64,000 nucleotides of DNA from Phoronis australis. Its lineage: Eukaryota > Animalia > Phoronida. Each line of letters starts with the position of its first letter. The stretch's first letter is position 1. A program made the translations under genes and the position numbers. The notes below the pieces were generated by a model that was not told the origin of the DNA, made no database searches, and saw nothing but the letters and a program-made list of their open reading frames with translations. Of the stretch, positions 1 to 13,400 are shown in pieces. The stretch is taken from positions 222,328 through 286,327 of the forward strand of contig NMRA01000550.1 of the NCBI GenBank assembly GCA_002633005.1, written 5' to 3'.

Positions 1-66
1 CATTCTATACATGAGGACAGTCCCAGTGATACTCTTTATTATTAGTTTAGTACAGTGTTCTTATCA

Positions 67-106
67 GTATTGTATTGTATTGTATTGTATTGTATTGTAT
101 TGTATT
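67..106. repeat. (TATTG)n microsatellite
   Basis: About 8 direct copies. Confidence 0.95.
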
Positions 107-518
107 ATTCAATGCCTGACTTTCACAAAGGTCAATATGATGATTTTCAGACCTCAACAATGTGATAATGACCTCAGTAAGCAATAGAAGGAGCTGTGCA
201 CAACAAGGGATGCTCATGCACAAAATTTGAAAATTGGGTGTGGGTTATCTTTTGGTAATCATCACACACAATCCGCCATGATGAATGACATCACTCCTGA
301 CTTAGACTAATCACCCACGCATTCATTGAGTCTTCACCAAAATAATTCGCACTTGAAGTCGCAGATTTGTAAAATATATGAACATGTCAATTAAAAAAAG
401 TTGAGATAGGTTATTTTTGTAGTTGTTTTGGTTAGATGAACAACAAACATCTGCGGGAGAATATCCAAACGAGTTTGACCCACTTGACCAGTGAGGTCAC
501 ACTGAGCTTGTCACTATA

Positions 519-1040
519 AGAATAAGAGCACCACAGAGCGTTGAAAGGTGTCCACAACTGCAACGCAAACAGTGTGCTCCTAGTGGTGTATCTTTTAGTA
601 TAATGAAAATGGCAATTAGATATGTTAAATCCATCTCAAATCAAAGGTGTTGTTATCTTCATAATAGAAACTTGTTTGCCAAATTTCATGAAAAAGCGTC
701 AAGGGCATCTGAAGATAACTAAGCAAAGGTAAAATATAAAATTACCACTAGGGGGCAGTGGTAGTCAGAGCCTCAAATCCATCTAAAAAAACAGGAAGGC
801 GTCATCGTCTCCTTAACAGCAAACTAATCTTAAATTTCATGAAAATCCAACAAGGAACTCCAAACATACAGAGGCAAACGTAAAAAAATGCAATTGCCAC
901 TAGGGGGCAGAGCGGCTGTCGGATCGATCCGAAACTCACCGTCGTCTGTCGCCAGCTTCATAAGAACACATCGGTCACATCTCATTATGATACTGCAAAG
1001 GGTTTAGGAGATACAGCCACGGACGCCTGGAAACCTTCGG
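519..1040. mobile_element. Repeat fragment with ~155-bp internal tandem units (HINE/Helentron-like relic)
   Basis: Recurrent 'ccactagggggcag' and 'aaatttcatgaaaa' blocks about 155 bp apart. The family assignment is inference. Confidence 0.4.
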
Positions 1041-1226
1041 CAATGTTTTCAACCTACTCCATATTTGCATCATCGCTGTATGTTGTTCCTAACTAATTTG
1101 GCCAAGTAATCACAGAGATGAGGAATTAGCGTGCATGTTCCACTTTACGTGGTCTAAATCAAAAGTTGTTTTTATGACACAAGACAGGTCTATAACCGCT
1201 AAGTAAAACAACCAATCACAACTAAC

Positions 1227-1403
1227 CTGTTCAGCAGCGTTCGCTGCACTCTCGGCATCAGTGGCCGCCGTTGTGGCACTGCGCACTCGAACATCATTCT
1301 CAGTGTAAGTCTGCCTCAGATCCTTAATATCCTTCTTTAGCTTCTTGGCCCGTTCAAGGTTGTCCTCAGCTTTGTCTAAACCAGCCTCTGTCTCCGACTC
1401 AAT
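1227..1403 (-). CDS. LAMB1: Laminin beta exon, coiled coil (last exon in window)
   Basis: [36 protein letters not shown]...ANAAEQ; gcttag| and |gttagt. Confidence 0.93.
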
Positions 1404-4400
1404 CTAAGCAATAATAATACTGATGAATCGGCCAAAATCAAAATTTTATCATATATTATGCGCAAGACTCAATATATTGCATAAATCGTAACCAGACAAA
1501 ATAATTATTTATTACTTGTAAAAATAAAGTATTTTGCAACAAAATGAGAGTGTACAGTCATGTTGATAATGAAAAAAAGTAATCAAAATATTTTCCTCAC
1601 CCACCTACCCACCTTAAGTATGAGGACTGGGTGAGGGAAACAAAAAACATGATGGTCAGAAAACAAACTGTTTGAAAGTGGAGCTACCATACACACTTGT
1701 ACAGTTATTCATCTCCACCTGAGTGAGTTTCTTCTATGCATGTTACAAGCTGAGGTGGGACTTGGCAGAAACCTTAAGTTGGACAGTGCCCAGTTACCTG
1801 CCCCCCCCACCCCAACCTGAGTGAGACAGTGTCTTCTTAGCATGTTACAAGCTGAGGTGGGACTTGGCAGAAACCTTAAGTTGGACAGTGCACCGTTACC
1901 TGCCCCCCCCCCCCAACCTGAGTGAGTGTCTTCTACAAATGTTACAAGCAGAGGTGGGACTTGGCATAAACCAACAGAGGCCAGTTACCCCCTTACCTGA
2001 GTGAGTGCCTTATTAGCCTTGTCTACTTCCTCTAAAGCTTTTGAGGTCGCGTCTTCTGCATTATCTTGGATGGTCTTGGCATCCTTTAGTTTGTTGGTGA
2101 CGGCTTCCACAGTGTCCAGGATACGCTCAGCTTCAGTTCTGGGGACAGACCACATGTGTCTCTCATTAGCAAGGAGTTTATTTGAGATTCTTATTGATAA
2201 TGATTTGGCAACAAAAATGTGGGAAAGGCAAACCCAACTAAAACTGAAGCTCTCAAAGAAGAACAGTCTGAAGTGAGCACGCCGTGGCAGCATGCATTCC
2301 TAATACCATTACCAAAAAATAAAAACTGATTCTAACTAATGACACTGGATAGTTTCACCACTACATCCAATCCCCATACTATATATTTTAATAATTTGAC
2401 ATGAGGCACACACCCTTACTTATTTTGACACCCTGTCCTGCACTTCGAAACCATGACCTTCACATGACTTCAACTGATCATTGAGTATTTTGGCCACACC
2501 CACTGGTACTAACCACAAGCCGACAAACTCAGGTATCAGACTACTACCTACCGTACTATAGCACAGCGCATAATTTATGCATTTTTGCCCTACTCATTGA
2601 CCAAAATCGTAACGCTATACAACCAGATCTTCATACGACTGCAGACCACAGGCCATCATTTTTGCCCCTTCTCTACACTCCTACCAAATCAAGCCACACC
2701 CCCTGCATGCCCTTGCCTTCATTGCAATAGAATAAACATTTAATCACACCATTTTGAACAGTTGTGGCCACTCCCACTAATCAAAGCCACGCCCCCAACT
2801 CACCTAGCAATGTCGGCATCATCTTTCAGAGTCTGGGCCTTCTCTAGGTCTGATTTAGTCTCATTCAAGATCTTTTCAATGTCAGTCAGTCCTTTAATAG
2901 TATCCTTAATCTGATTGGCCAGATCCGTGATCTGCTCCGGAGTCAGGGAGATGCTCATGGCTAACACCTCATCTACCACCTTAAAGTAAGATAGAGTCCA
3001 CATACAGCTAGCCATCCACTCTTGAATTACAACAACACTTTAACAAGTCATCAAGAATGTATATTCAGTAGCAAAATGATTTAATAATACAATAAAAGCT
3101 CTTAAAACTCGCCATTTTGCTCTTTACTAACTAGTCCTATCTTGTCCAGCACACTTTGAGATTAAGTCAGTGTTTGAAAGTTGTATGTCAGATGTGTATT
3201 ATAATTGGTACTGATCGCTGCCATGATTTCCTCACTGGACCAAGTCTCTACATTGTGGTAGTGTCTCAACACTGTGACAAAGTCTCTACACAGTGACAGA
3301 GTCTCTACATCAAGACTGACCCCCTTACCAGCTTGATCTGGTCTCCTGTGGCTCCCTTGGTACCCATGAATTTGGCGATACGATCAAGAAGATCCCGGAT
3401 ATCATCGCGAATGCCCTCAGATTGGTTTTTGGCAGCCAAGGTGTCATTGTAAACCTTCTGTGCCGCATCCTTAGACATGTTAGCACGTAAACTAGCACCT
3501 TGAACCTGGGGAAAATGGTCAATAACAGAATGTTAACAGAATGTTGGATTTAACACAAGTCATGCACATACTCTTCTTCAAACAGCAGAGGACATTTCAG
3601 AAGACATTGCAGACGACATTGCAGACAGCACTACAGACAATATTGCAGACATTCTTGAAGAGCTGCAGTGTCTGCCTGCGCTCTACAATGACAACAATAC
3701 ACTTCAATACTAAGCTAAATACCACAGAATAGCCCTTAGTTGACAAGTACTTCCCTCATCTTAACTAGTTGTATACAGTCTATACGCCAGCCAACTTCAA
3801 CAAACTGAAGTCTAGACCAAGCGTGAACAACCACTTAACACAACCATCAGACGCGGGAGGTTCAAAGCAGCTGGGCCACAAACTACACAACCACAACATA
3901 AGGGAGCTAGGAAAGGAAGTAAAAACATGAAGGTCAAGGTCAAATGGTCTCTACCTACTGCCTCAACAGAAAATATGCAAAATAATCTAATTCTGGCAAA
4001 CCACTCGCAAAATTTCCCTTGCCATGTTAGCAGAAACGACTATGTCAGAATATGGTCTGACAGTATTTTTAGTTGTATTGTTTTGTTTAGTTATACTGTT
4101 TGATTGGCATGACCCCTGAGTTAAGAACAGTGATGATGTAATTTGTTTACTACAAAATAGTGTGGAAGTTTCTAGAAGACTGAGGTCAGAACAATGATGA
4201 TGTAATTTGTTTACTATAGTATAGTGTGGAACTTTCTAGAAGACTCTAGCATGACAGTGATTAATGCAGTCTGGAATATTCTAGAGACTAGTACATGTTT
4301 GTAGAATGATTGTTTAGGTTCCAGAAAGTTCTGGTATGTGCTTGAATTGATGAAAAGTTCTAGAACAATGCATTAGGCTATAAATACACAAGCACGGGTT

Positions 4401-7400
4401 TGTGTTAGTCAGTTGAGTCCAAGAAGATCTCAAGTCGAGAGATCAAGTAAGTTCAAGCAAGTTAATCAGGAGAACTACAGTTGAGTTGCAGTGAAGAGAA
4501 TCAGCAGTTACAGCGATAGTCAATAGAGAGCCAGCTATAGAGACAGCAGGTTATTGAATCAAGGAGTGTAACAGTTGCTGAAAGTATCTCAGAAGTTCAA
4601 CACAAGTCAAGGCTTCGCAGCACTGGCTGGAGCATAAACAGACATTACGTCGGACGTTTTGTTTGAGTAGGCTTGTGAACGTACGGTCGGGATTAATAAA
4701 GGATTAACTCGAACCAGTCTTCAGTCAATCTTCGCATCGAAAGCTATTAGCACCGGTCTGTAACAACCTGCGCCTACACACACACGGGGGAAAACGTGAC
4801 AGACTACCATCACCAGGCTACCTGCTAATGATTAGCCCAATTTTATAAAGGTTGGCTAAAAATTCTTTAACAATAAAATAATTTCAGGCAGTCCGGTACA
4901 CATTGTACCAGATGTGCACAGGTCACCCATTGCACTGATCACCTGGAACCATTTTTATGCTTTATCAAATGGCTAAAACCAAGTTGAGAAGCTAGAGACG
5001 TGACTCAAGGGTCAGGCAGTGAGCCCTAGAGGGACACCTACGGCCTTAAGGGTCGGGCAGTGAGCCCTAGAGGGACACCTACGGCCTTAAGCAAAGGAAG
5101 CGGACACTTATCTCACTAGGCCACACTAACTCGTCCAAAATTCTTAACAGGTGGTATCGCGTTTAAATTCAGTTGCTGATAGTTTGAATGATCTGTCTGG
5201 GTTATGGGAATATTTGGTTTCAAGTTGATACACATTTCAGTACCATCAAATAACCCAGGTTGCAAGCTGACTTTCAGAAAGCGAGTAAAGATGTCATTCT
5301 AACTGCAGTAAAAAGTCTCCGGTTTAGGGCAGCTTATAGAATTTGAGACACGAAAACTCCAGCAAAAATGAATTTTCTTCATTCTGAAATTTGGGACATA
5401 TGCGATTTTGGCATACACCTTGTTTCCCAAATTTCAGACATTGCGTTTTCAAACTACAGAGTAGGTAATTTTGCAGTCTTTCAGGAGATTCTTGAATTTG
5501 GGGTGGCCCGTATTGCCTTTTTCTAGAATTTGGGACAAGCCCCGATCTTGAGCAAACTAATTAACTTTTTAATGTTCCAAATTGGAAAACTTTTACGGTT
5601 GATAGTATTGTTTTTCAAATTTGTGATGTGTGCTGTACCAGCCATTTTATATTGGTTGTTTTCCAACATTTCCGGGGTTGGCAGTTTATTCAGATCCATG
5701 CATGGGGTCTAATAACGTTAGCGGTCTAACTGAAATTTAATGAAAAACAGAGCAGCTCACATTCTGGAGAAGCGTCACTGCCTCCACGTTCCTGCGAGTC
5801 AGTATGTCCAGCGCATCCGTAGCGTACGTATCAGCATTTTGAGCTTTAGTGACCGCACCCTTGACACAACTGGGCTCACCGCCACATTTACCACAGCCGG
5901 CGCCACCACACACGTTATCACAGGGGTCGCCACGACCATCGCACACCTGCACAATATACAGTAGACAATGAATAAATACTTCCTGCAAACATGCTACAAG
6001 TCACCTCCAATCTGTACATTTCAGGAAAACCTTTTCCATATACTCAATAAACATGATTGAATTTTTAAAGTCAAACCTTTCCAATTCACAGAACTGTCTT
6101 TCAATTTCAGGTTAACCCGCAGATGACAGATTACAAAAAGAAAAAATAAAATTTAAGTCACATGATCAATCATTTGATACTCAGATATTATTTGGTTCTA
6201 ACAATTTCTGAACTTATTAATGTAAAAATTCTTCAGTTTAGGACAGTGAAAAATTTATTTTGCTCAAGGTTGGAGCTTCCCAAATTCTAGAAATGGGCAA
6301 TGTTGACCATCCCAAATTCAAGAAAGGAAAGACGGCAAAATTACCCACTCTGTACACTGAAAACACGTTGTCTGAAATTGAGAAATGTGATCAACACTAA
6401 AATCGCCCTCGTCCCAAATTCCAGATTAGAAAAAATTCAGTTGTTGTCTCAAATGGTTTAAACTGCCCCACATTAGGTAAATTTCACTAATTACTGTAAA
6501 ATTATTTTCTGGTAAAAATATATAAAAAGCACTGCTTTCACCAATAATATTCACAGAACAGGAGCTTAAAAGAACTTACAGCTTCGTTTAAGTCGATAAT
6601 CCTGCCATCAATTGCTGACACCTGATCCTGAATGTCTGTAAGGTCGATGTCATTATCTCTCGTTTTGTCATTAAACTCCGTCAGTTTGGACGTAATTAGA
6701 TCATCCACCTGTTGAGTAGGAAGTACACAGTGCTATCATCAGCTGGCCTTGACAGGTTGCCACGGAGACCTGTGTCTTATTGGTTTATATAGACAACAAA
6801 ATATTATTATTGGCTGATGCGCTAGTCTAGGCAGGTCACCATAATCGATATTTGTGTCTTGCTTTGGTTTATATAAAAAACACTATATTGTTATTGGCTG
6901 ATGTGCTGGTCGAGGCAGGTTGCTATAGAAACACGTGTCTTTTTATTCGATTAAAAAAACAACACATTGATAGTGGATGATGTGCTGTTCTAAGCAGGTC
7001 ACTATAGAGAATCCTTTCTTCATATTGTAAAACTATTGACCGAAATTCCATAGACACTTGTTTTGTTATTGGTTCAAACTGAGAAACATCGAGTAACTAT
7101 TGGTCAACGCTAACCCAATTACGTCAGTGTACAGTAGACTACCAGCATCACCAGTTCATCATTGAACAATACCTGCTTTCTGGTGTCAGCTGACGCCTCC
7201 ACAAATGCCTGGGACCCATCCACCTGCAGTTGAGCCTGTGTTGACCTGTTATGGCTTTTAATGATCTCGTTATAAGCACCTGTAATTAAGTAATAAATGA
7301 TCTCGTTATAAGCACCTGTAATTAAGGAATTAATTATCTCGTTATAAGCACCTGTAATTAAGGAATTAATGATCTCGTTATAAGCACCTGTAATTAAGTA

Positions 7401-10400
7401 ATTAATTAACTCGTTATAAGCACCTGTAATTAAGGAATTAATGATCTCGTTATAAGCACCTGTAATTAAGTAATTAATTATCTCGTTATAAGCACCTGTA
7501 ATTAAGGAATTAATTATCTCGTTATAAGCACCTGTAATTAAGTAGTAATTAGTGGCAACAGGAAGATAAACAGAGCAAGTTGGAGTAGAAAGTGACAAAA
7601 ATACAGAAAAGTTGATTTTGAAGAAAATTGTACAGATGATTGAACAGCGCTGGACCTGCAGGTCGCCAATGTGACCTCAGGTTTTGTTTGGTGACCTGGG
7701 AAAAATTCTAAGTCGCCACCAGGTGGCCACTGCAAGTATCAAAGTCAGACAATAATTCCCTCTAAATTCGTTTCAAGGTTTGTGTTGACTTCCAAACTTA
7801 AATTAGTAACAGTTTCGCTGGATTTATTACCTTTGATCAACAATTGTTGTTTATTTTGTGAAATCAGCGCATTTGCCACCACGTTTAAATTACCAACAGG
7901 AAGCACACAAAAATCGTGTAAGTTCGGCGAAATTCGTGCCACCATTGCATGCGGTCGTCTGCTTTCTATGCCCATTCGTCAGTCATCAACGGGAGGACTA
8001 ACTGAGTTACAGAATGGACGTACATAAATAATGGTGGCATCCGAAGCGGAACATGAAAATGTGCCGTGACAGCAGTTTTTCTTGGGTCGCATAGGAGAAT
8101 AGGAAACCTCATTGTCGGCGCCGGAGATTTTCAGTTTTGGCGACCTCAGATTTCATTTGGCGACCTGAAATTTTTGCCAGGTCACCAAATGCCACTTGGC
8201 GTTTAGCTAAGCGTCAAGTGCTGTTTAACCAAATCCCAGCAATTTCAGACTTTCTTGTTTTAATACTCAGCAAAAGAATTTTAATTTCAGGTAATTATCT
8301 TACCTACATTCTATGAATCAATATAGACAGTTAATTTCATCAATACACGCTGATGTAAGTGGAGCTAGGCACGTTCAGCCATCTGATATGATTGGCAGGA
8401 AACAGACAGTCCCCCCGAGTAGGAGGCAGAGATCAAAACCCTATAGATAAATGACTTCACCAAAACACCAACCAAGACTATCCAGCCACTTCATGTGATT
8501 GATAGGAAATAAACTTAAGACACTTCCTGAGTTGTAGGCAGAGCTAAAACTCCCAGTTCTGAATAACTTAACAATTCATGAAGAGTGCTCTGCCACATCA
8601 GAAAACAAATACTACTCAGAAAGTAGGCAAAAAGCTAAACACAAATCTGGGCACAGGGTCTAACTAATCTCTAAACCATAATCTCAACTCCAAAATTATC
8701 CAACGCATGGCATGCATTCAATTGAACCATGCCACTCAATTGGTTACCTTTGAGTCTGAGGCTAGACTGAGTTCAGAGACTAGGAGCCGGAATCTAATCT
8801 TTCAATTCAAGATAGAACTTGACATTATTTTTGACATTTTCCTGAACGCTTTTGTGAAACTCAAGGTAATTTTTTATCATATTGTGCTTAAATGCATTAT
8901 AGTCTATGCAAATGAGCTTCTAATCCAAGTATGCACTTGATGACCACTAAATTCAAGCTAAAAGCTTGAGTAAAAACCCAAGATTACAAGCGAAAACTCC
9001 AAAGTTCAAGTTTAGACTCAAAATTTTATCCTTTATGATGGGGTCATTAAATGCAAACTAGGATTGAACAGGTACCCTCGTATGCCATCATACACTTAAG
9101 TACAGAATAATAGATAAACATCTTGCCTTGGGTCATAAGTAGAATAGAAAATGTTAAAAATGATTTTAAATTCGATCACCAATAAAAAGATTAGACCCCG
9201 GGGCCCAGATCCTGGTGCCTGACTGGTTAGACAACTCACCAAGAATGTCCTGCTCTTGGAGACTTGTGGCGTTGTCGTACAGGGTCTTAGCCAGATCAGA
9301 CACTTTCTGAATACGGTTTTTCAGCACGTTCATTCTGGTCTCGGCATTCAGTACAGGACGACGGGTATCTGTGATGTTCTGTTGGACAGTGTCCAGCATG
9401 GATGATGTCTCAGTCAAATTTTGTCTGCAAACAGATCATAAATTACACTTTCAAGAACACTGTGTGACTTACATAAAGAGATCAGTGGAGAAAAAGAAGA
9501 CCAGAACTGATTCTCTAATACATAAATTTGGGATATGACTATTAAACTCAAGATCATTACAAAACAATACTGCATCCATCATTAATAAAAACAACAATGG
9601 TTTTAAGTCGACTTGACATGTTTCAGTGTCATTTATTCAAACACCATCATCAGAAGAGAGAATACAGTGGCCACCTAGCTAGGCCCAGCAACAAGTAATG
9701 AAGCACAGATACAGTCAGTTACAGGGAGTGACAATGAACTAGACCAACAATGACAGCCTGTGATGTGCCAGTTGCCTATTCAGATTGGGCTTGCACCAAC
9801 TGATGTGTTTGAATAAATGTCACCGAAACATGTCAAGTCGACTTAAAACCGCTGTTGTTTTTATTAATTTTTGCTGCTACTTGCTAACACGGAAATACTG
9901 CACTGTCCGAGGCCCAGAAACCTACAAGTTACAATTAAAGTGCTACCTGATGGCTTGTAGACTCTTAACTATGGGATCCGTCTGGATTCTGTTGCCAAAA
10001 TTGGCGATGATATCCTTCACCTCGTTGAGTTTTGTTTGCATCTCATCAAATTCTTGGTTGAAGGCACCTGCCACACCCGTCTGTTTGATTTGACTCGCCT
10101 CTACGATGAGAGCACGGGTCTGGGCTGCACGCAGGAGGAAAAAAGGGGGTTAGAAGCAGTGCATAGGGGACCTCGGGGGTGATGATCAAAATGGACTATT
10201 TGAAAATGATTTTTGTTGCTATAGTAAAATCTCATAACGTAATAGTGGAAAAGTGAATTTTCATAAGTGCCAACTTAATGGTTCATCATTCTTATGGTCT
10301 GCACAGTTCCTCTGTAATTTGAAAAACTGTTAAGAAAGGGTAATTTAGGCACTACCTAGTCTGAAACAGGAAAATTTTTGATAGAATTTTAGAGAGTAAA

Positions 10401-13400
10401 CGAGAGAGCATATTGCTAGAAAATATCCATTTCGAAGACAACTCATAGAAATATTGTTGCTAGTAAGATCGATTCTTCTGTTAATAGTAAAATCTTCTGG
10501 TCTCTTCTTTTACAAAGATATTTGTTTTTTCTTTTTCGACAATTTCTAGAACCTTGAGACATAATACAACTGAAGACAAGACAACTTAATACAAGACTGA
10601 TATTTTTGTGCCACAGAACATGACATTTCGTAAATTTATAATTTTATAATAACTTAAAAAGCTTACCTGCAAGATCCATGATTATTTTGTCCCAGTCGTC
10701 AAAACATTCACCACAAGGCACGCAGTTTGGAAGGACACCTGTGGTGCCACGAGCACAACGGTCACACTTGTCACTGGCGACACCTGTCAGACATTCACAT
10801 TGGCCTGTTCTGCGATCACACTGCTGTGTCAAAGAGCCCTCTAAATTACAATCACAAGCTGAAAAAGACAAGTTTAGTATTTATGCAAGTTAAAATTAAA
10901 TGTGACAAAATTCTTTGTAGTGTTTAAAAAGACAAAATAAGTTTCACAGCAGTAACATTTTTCAGCAAATTAAACTTGCATTCAGGGTAGTCAGCTAAAC
11001 ACAAGAGTTATCTATTATGAGGGTATTTTTGGTCAATTTGGCATGTTGTACATACTCTAAAGCTTTTTGAATCGTTTCCAGAAAAGTGAAATTAATAAAA
11101 TGTAAGAATTCTTCAAAACCGTAAACATGACACAGTAAGCAAGTTGGGAACACGTCTCTCTGTTCAATCAAGCCGTGTTACCTCACCTGACTGTTCTGTG
11201 TTTAATGGCTGATACACATGACAATCTGTAGCCCTGCCTCACAATGTAACTATTTGCTTTGTTAGAAACAGGTAATAAACCTAATATAACAGTAATTCAG
11301 TCATGACTTTTCCCCACGACATGTCTAAAACAAAGAATAAGACAAGTGCCGTGTATACTCACGGAAGCATCCAATGTTGGGGTCACCCCAGTAGTTAGCT
11401 TCACAATCACTACATGTCCTCCCACCTCGACCGGGAATACATGAACATTGACCATCAAACTACAAGAGAAAGACCATGCAACAACAAGGAGTGCCACATA
11501 ATCGTATTCACCTCTAATAGTCAAGGTAACATGCTACTCTATTACATCACGGGTCATCACCATCTTCATATCTCAATACAAACCTAAACGGTGATACCCT
11601 AGAGTTATCTCCCCTGGTAAGTTGATGCCCCTACAGTTATCTCCCCTAGAAAATAATGCAGTGCAAAATGAAAGTTGAATATTTTTCACTTTTGTCTAGT
11701 GATTTTTGTAGAGTTCAATGCTCAAAACGGGGGATAAACAGATAATTACAAGTCCTGAGCAGGAGTTGGAGAAATTACGAAACGTAACAGTCTCGTCACG
11801 TAACATTTTATAGCTACCTTGAGTTAGCTTCAGTTCAATCCATACTGTGGTAAATTGGGGGTCAAGAACTCGTCAAACAAACATCAACATGATCACTACA
11901 TTAGCGCAAAATCCAGACTCCACGTTGTCCCCTTGCATGGAAAGGTATTTTAGGTATAACAGTTTAAATATTTCAATATACACTTAAAACACGTTCAGTG
12001 ATAAATTATTATTTTGTATACACCACCTCATTACACTGCGTACTCCTCGAGCCTTGTGGGTCACAGTCGCACAATTCACACCCCTCTCCACTGGCGATCT
12101 TCCAGTGATTAGGGGCACACCGGTCACAACTGACCCCTTCAACGTTGGGCAGGCAAGGACACTGGCCAGTCACTCGGTCACAGACACCTCTGTCATAACC
12201 TTGGGTACCCAGCGTGTTACACACACATTCTGAAATGAATAATAGCATACGAAAGTGCTCGTTCTGGATTCTGCAGACTTAAATATTTTCTTTAACAAAA
12301 AGATGGTTATGTTGACAAGTTAAAAAGAATCTAGAACATCATGAAATGGCCATTATGAAATGTAGCTTAATGCTGTTTGGTGGAAATTGTTTCACAAAGA
12401 AAAATATTGATATCTTAAGCTAAAACACGCAAAACTGTTGTCTTTTTTAACACATTTCAGTGGCCAAAATTGAAGAAAGCATTCCAAATTAAGCAATCTT
12501 CTCATGTTAACTTAAAAAACTGATACATTTGAGAAACCTAGCTGAGCCTTCAAAAATATTCTTCAGACAAACTTACGTTGACAGTTCTGTGTGAGCGCAT
12601 CACCATAGTAACCTGGCTTACAGTGTTGGCAGGCGTACCCCTCTGTGTTGTAAAGACACTTGAGACATTCCCCTGTCTGTGAGTCACAGCTACCTGGCTC
12701 ATCTTGGTCAATGTTACCATTACATTGGCACATCTCACAAGTTCCCCCGGGAACCAGAGGGTTGCCATAGAAATTATCAGCACAACGGTCACACTGGGGT
12801 CCTGTAGGCAACAACAGAAAATGTCCTTGGCAATCTTGAGAGTGCATTGTTTGAAATGGTTTATTTTTGATTAAAAATACTCACCAAACTTGGATTGTTG
12901 TCAAAAACATATTTTCTTTGTTTTCAACACTTCAGAGTATCCCCACTCAAAAATTATTCAATAAAATGAATAAATTTCTATCAAAGCTTGTGTTAATAAA
13001 AATGAATTTCTGGATCATTCATTCAAAAGTGGTGGATATTTATTGAGACACCACCAAAAATTAATGCAATCAAAAAAGCATTTTATAAACTTTTATTACA
13101 TTATATTCTTTTAGTCCTTTAAAAATTAATAGTCACACTGAAAGTGAATAATTTGAGAATAACTTTTTGATGAAATACACTTAATACCTTAAAACTCATT
13201 TCATGCAGTTTTTAACCAAAGCAAAAAGAATTATGACCAAGACCCAGTTGTATCCTGCAGCCACTCACCTGCATACCCTGGTCTACAATGACATTTCAAG
13301 TCCTGTGTGAACTGATCTAACTCGCAACTGTCGGCATTCTGCAAGCCGTTAGGGCATTGGCAAGGACGACACGGGATGGTGCGACCAAGGCGAGGGTCAC

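Noticed and set aside
7258-7545. 36-bp repeats as a CRISPR array
   Set aside because: The units are head-to-tail with no unique spacers, there are no cas genes, and the context is a eukaryotic intron.
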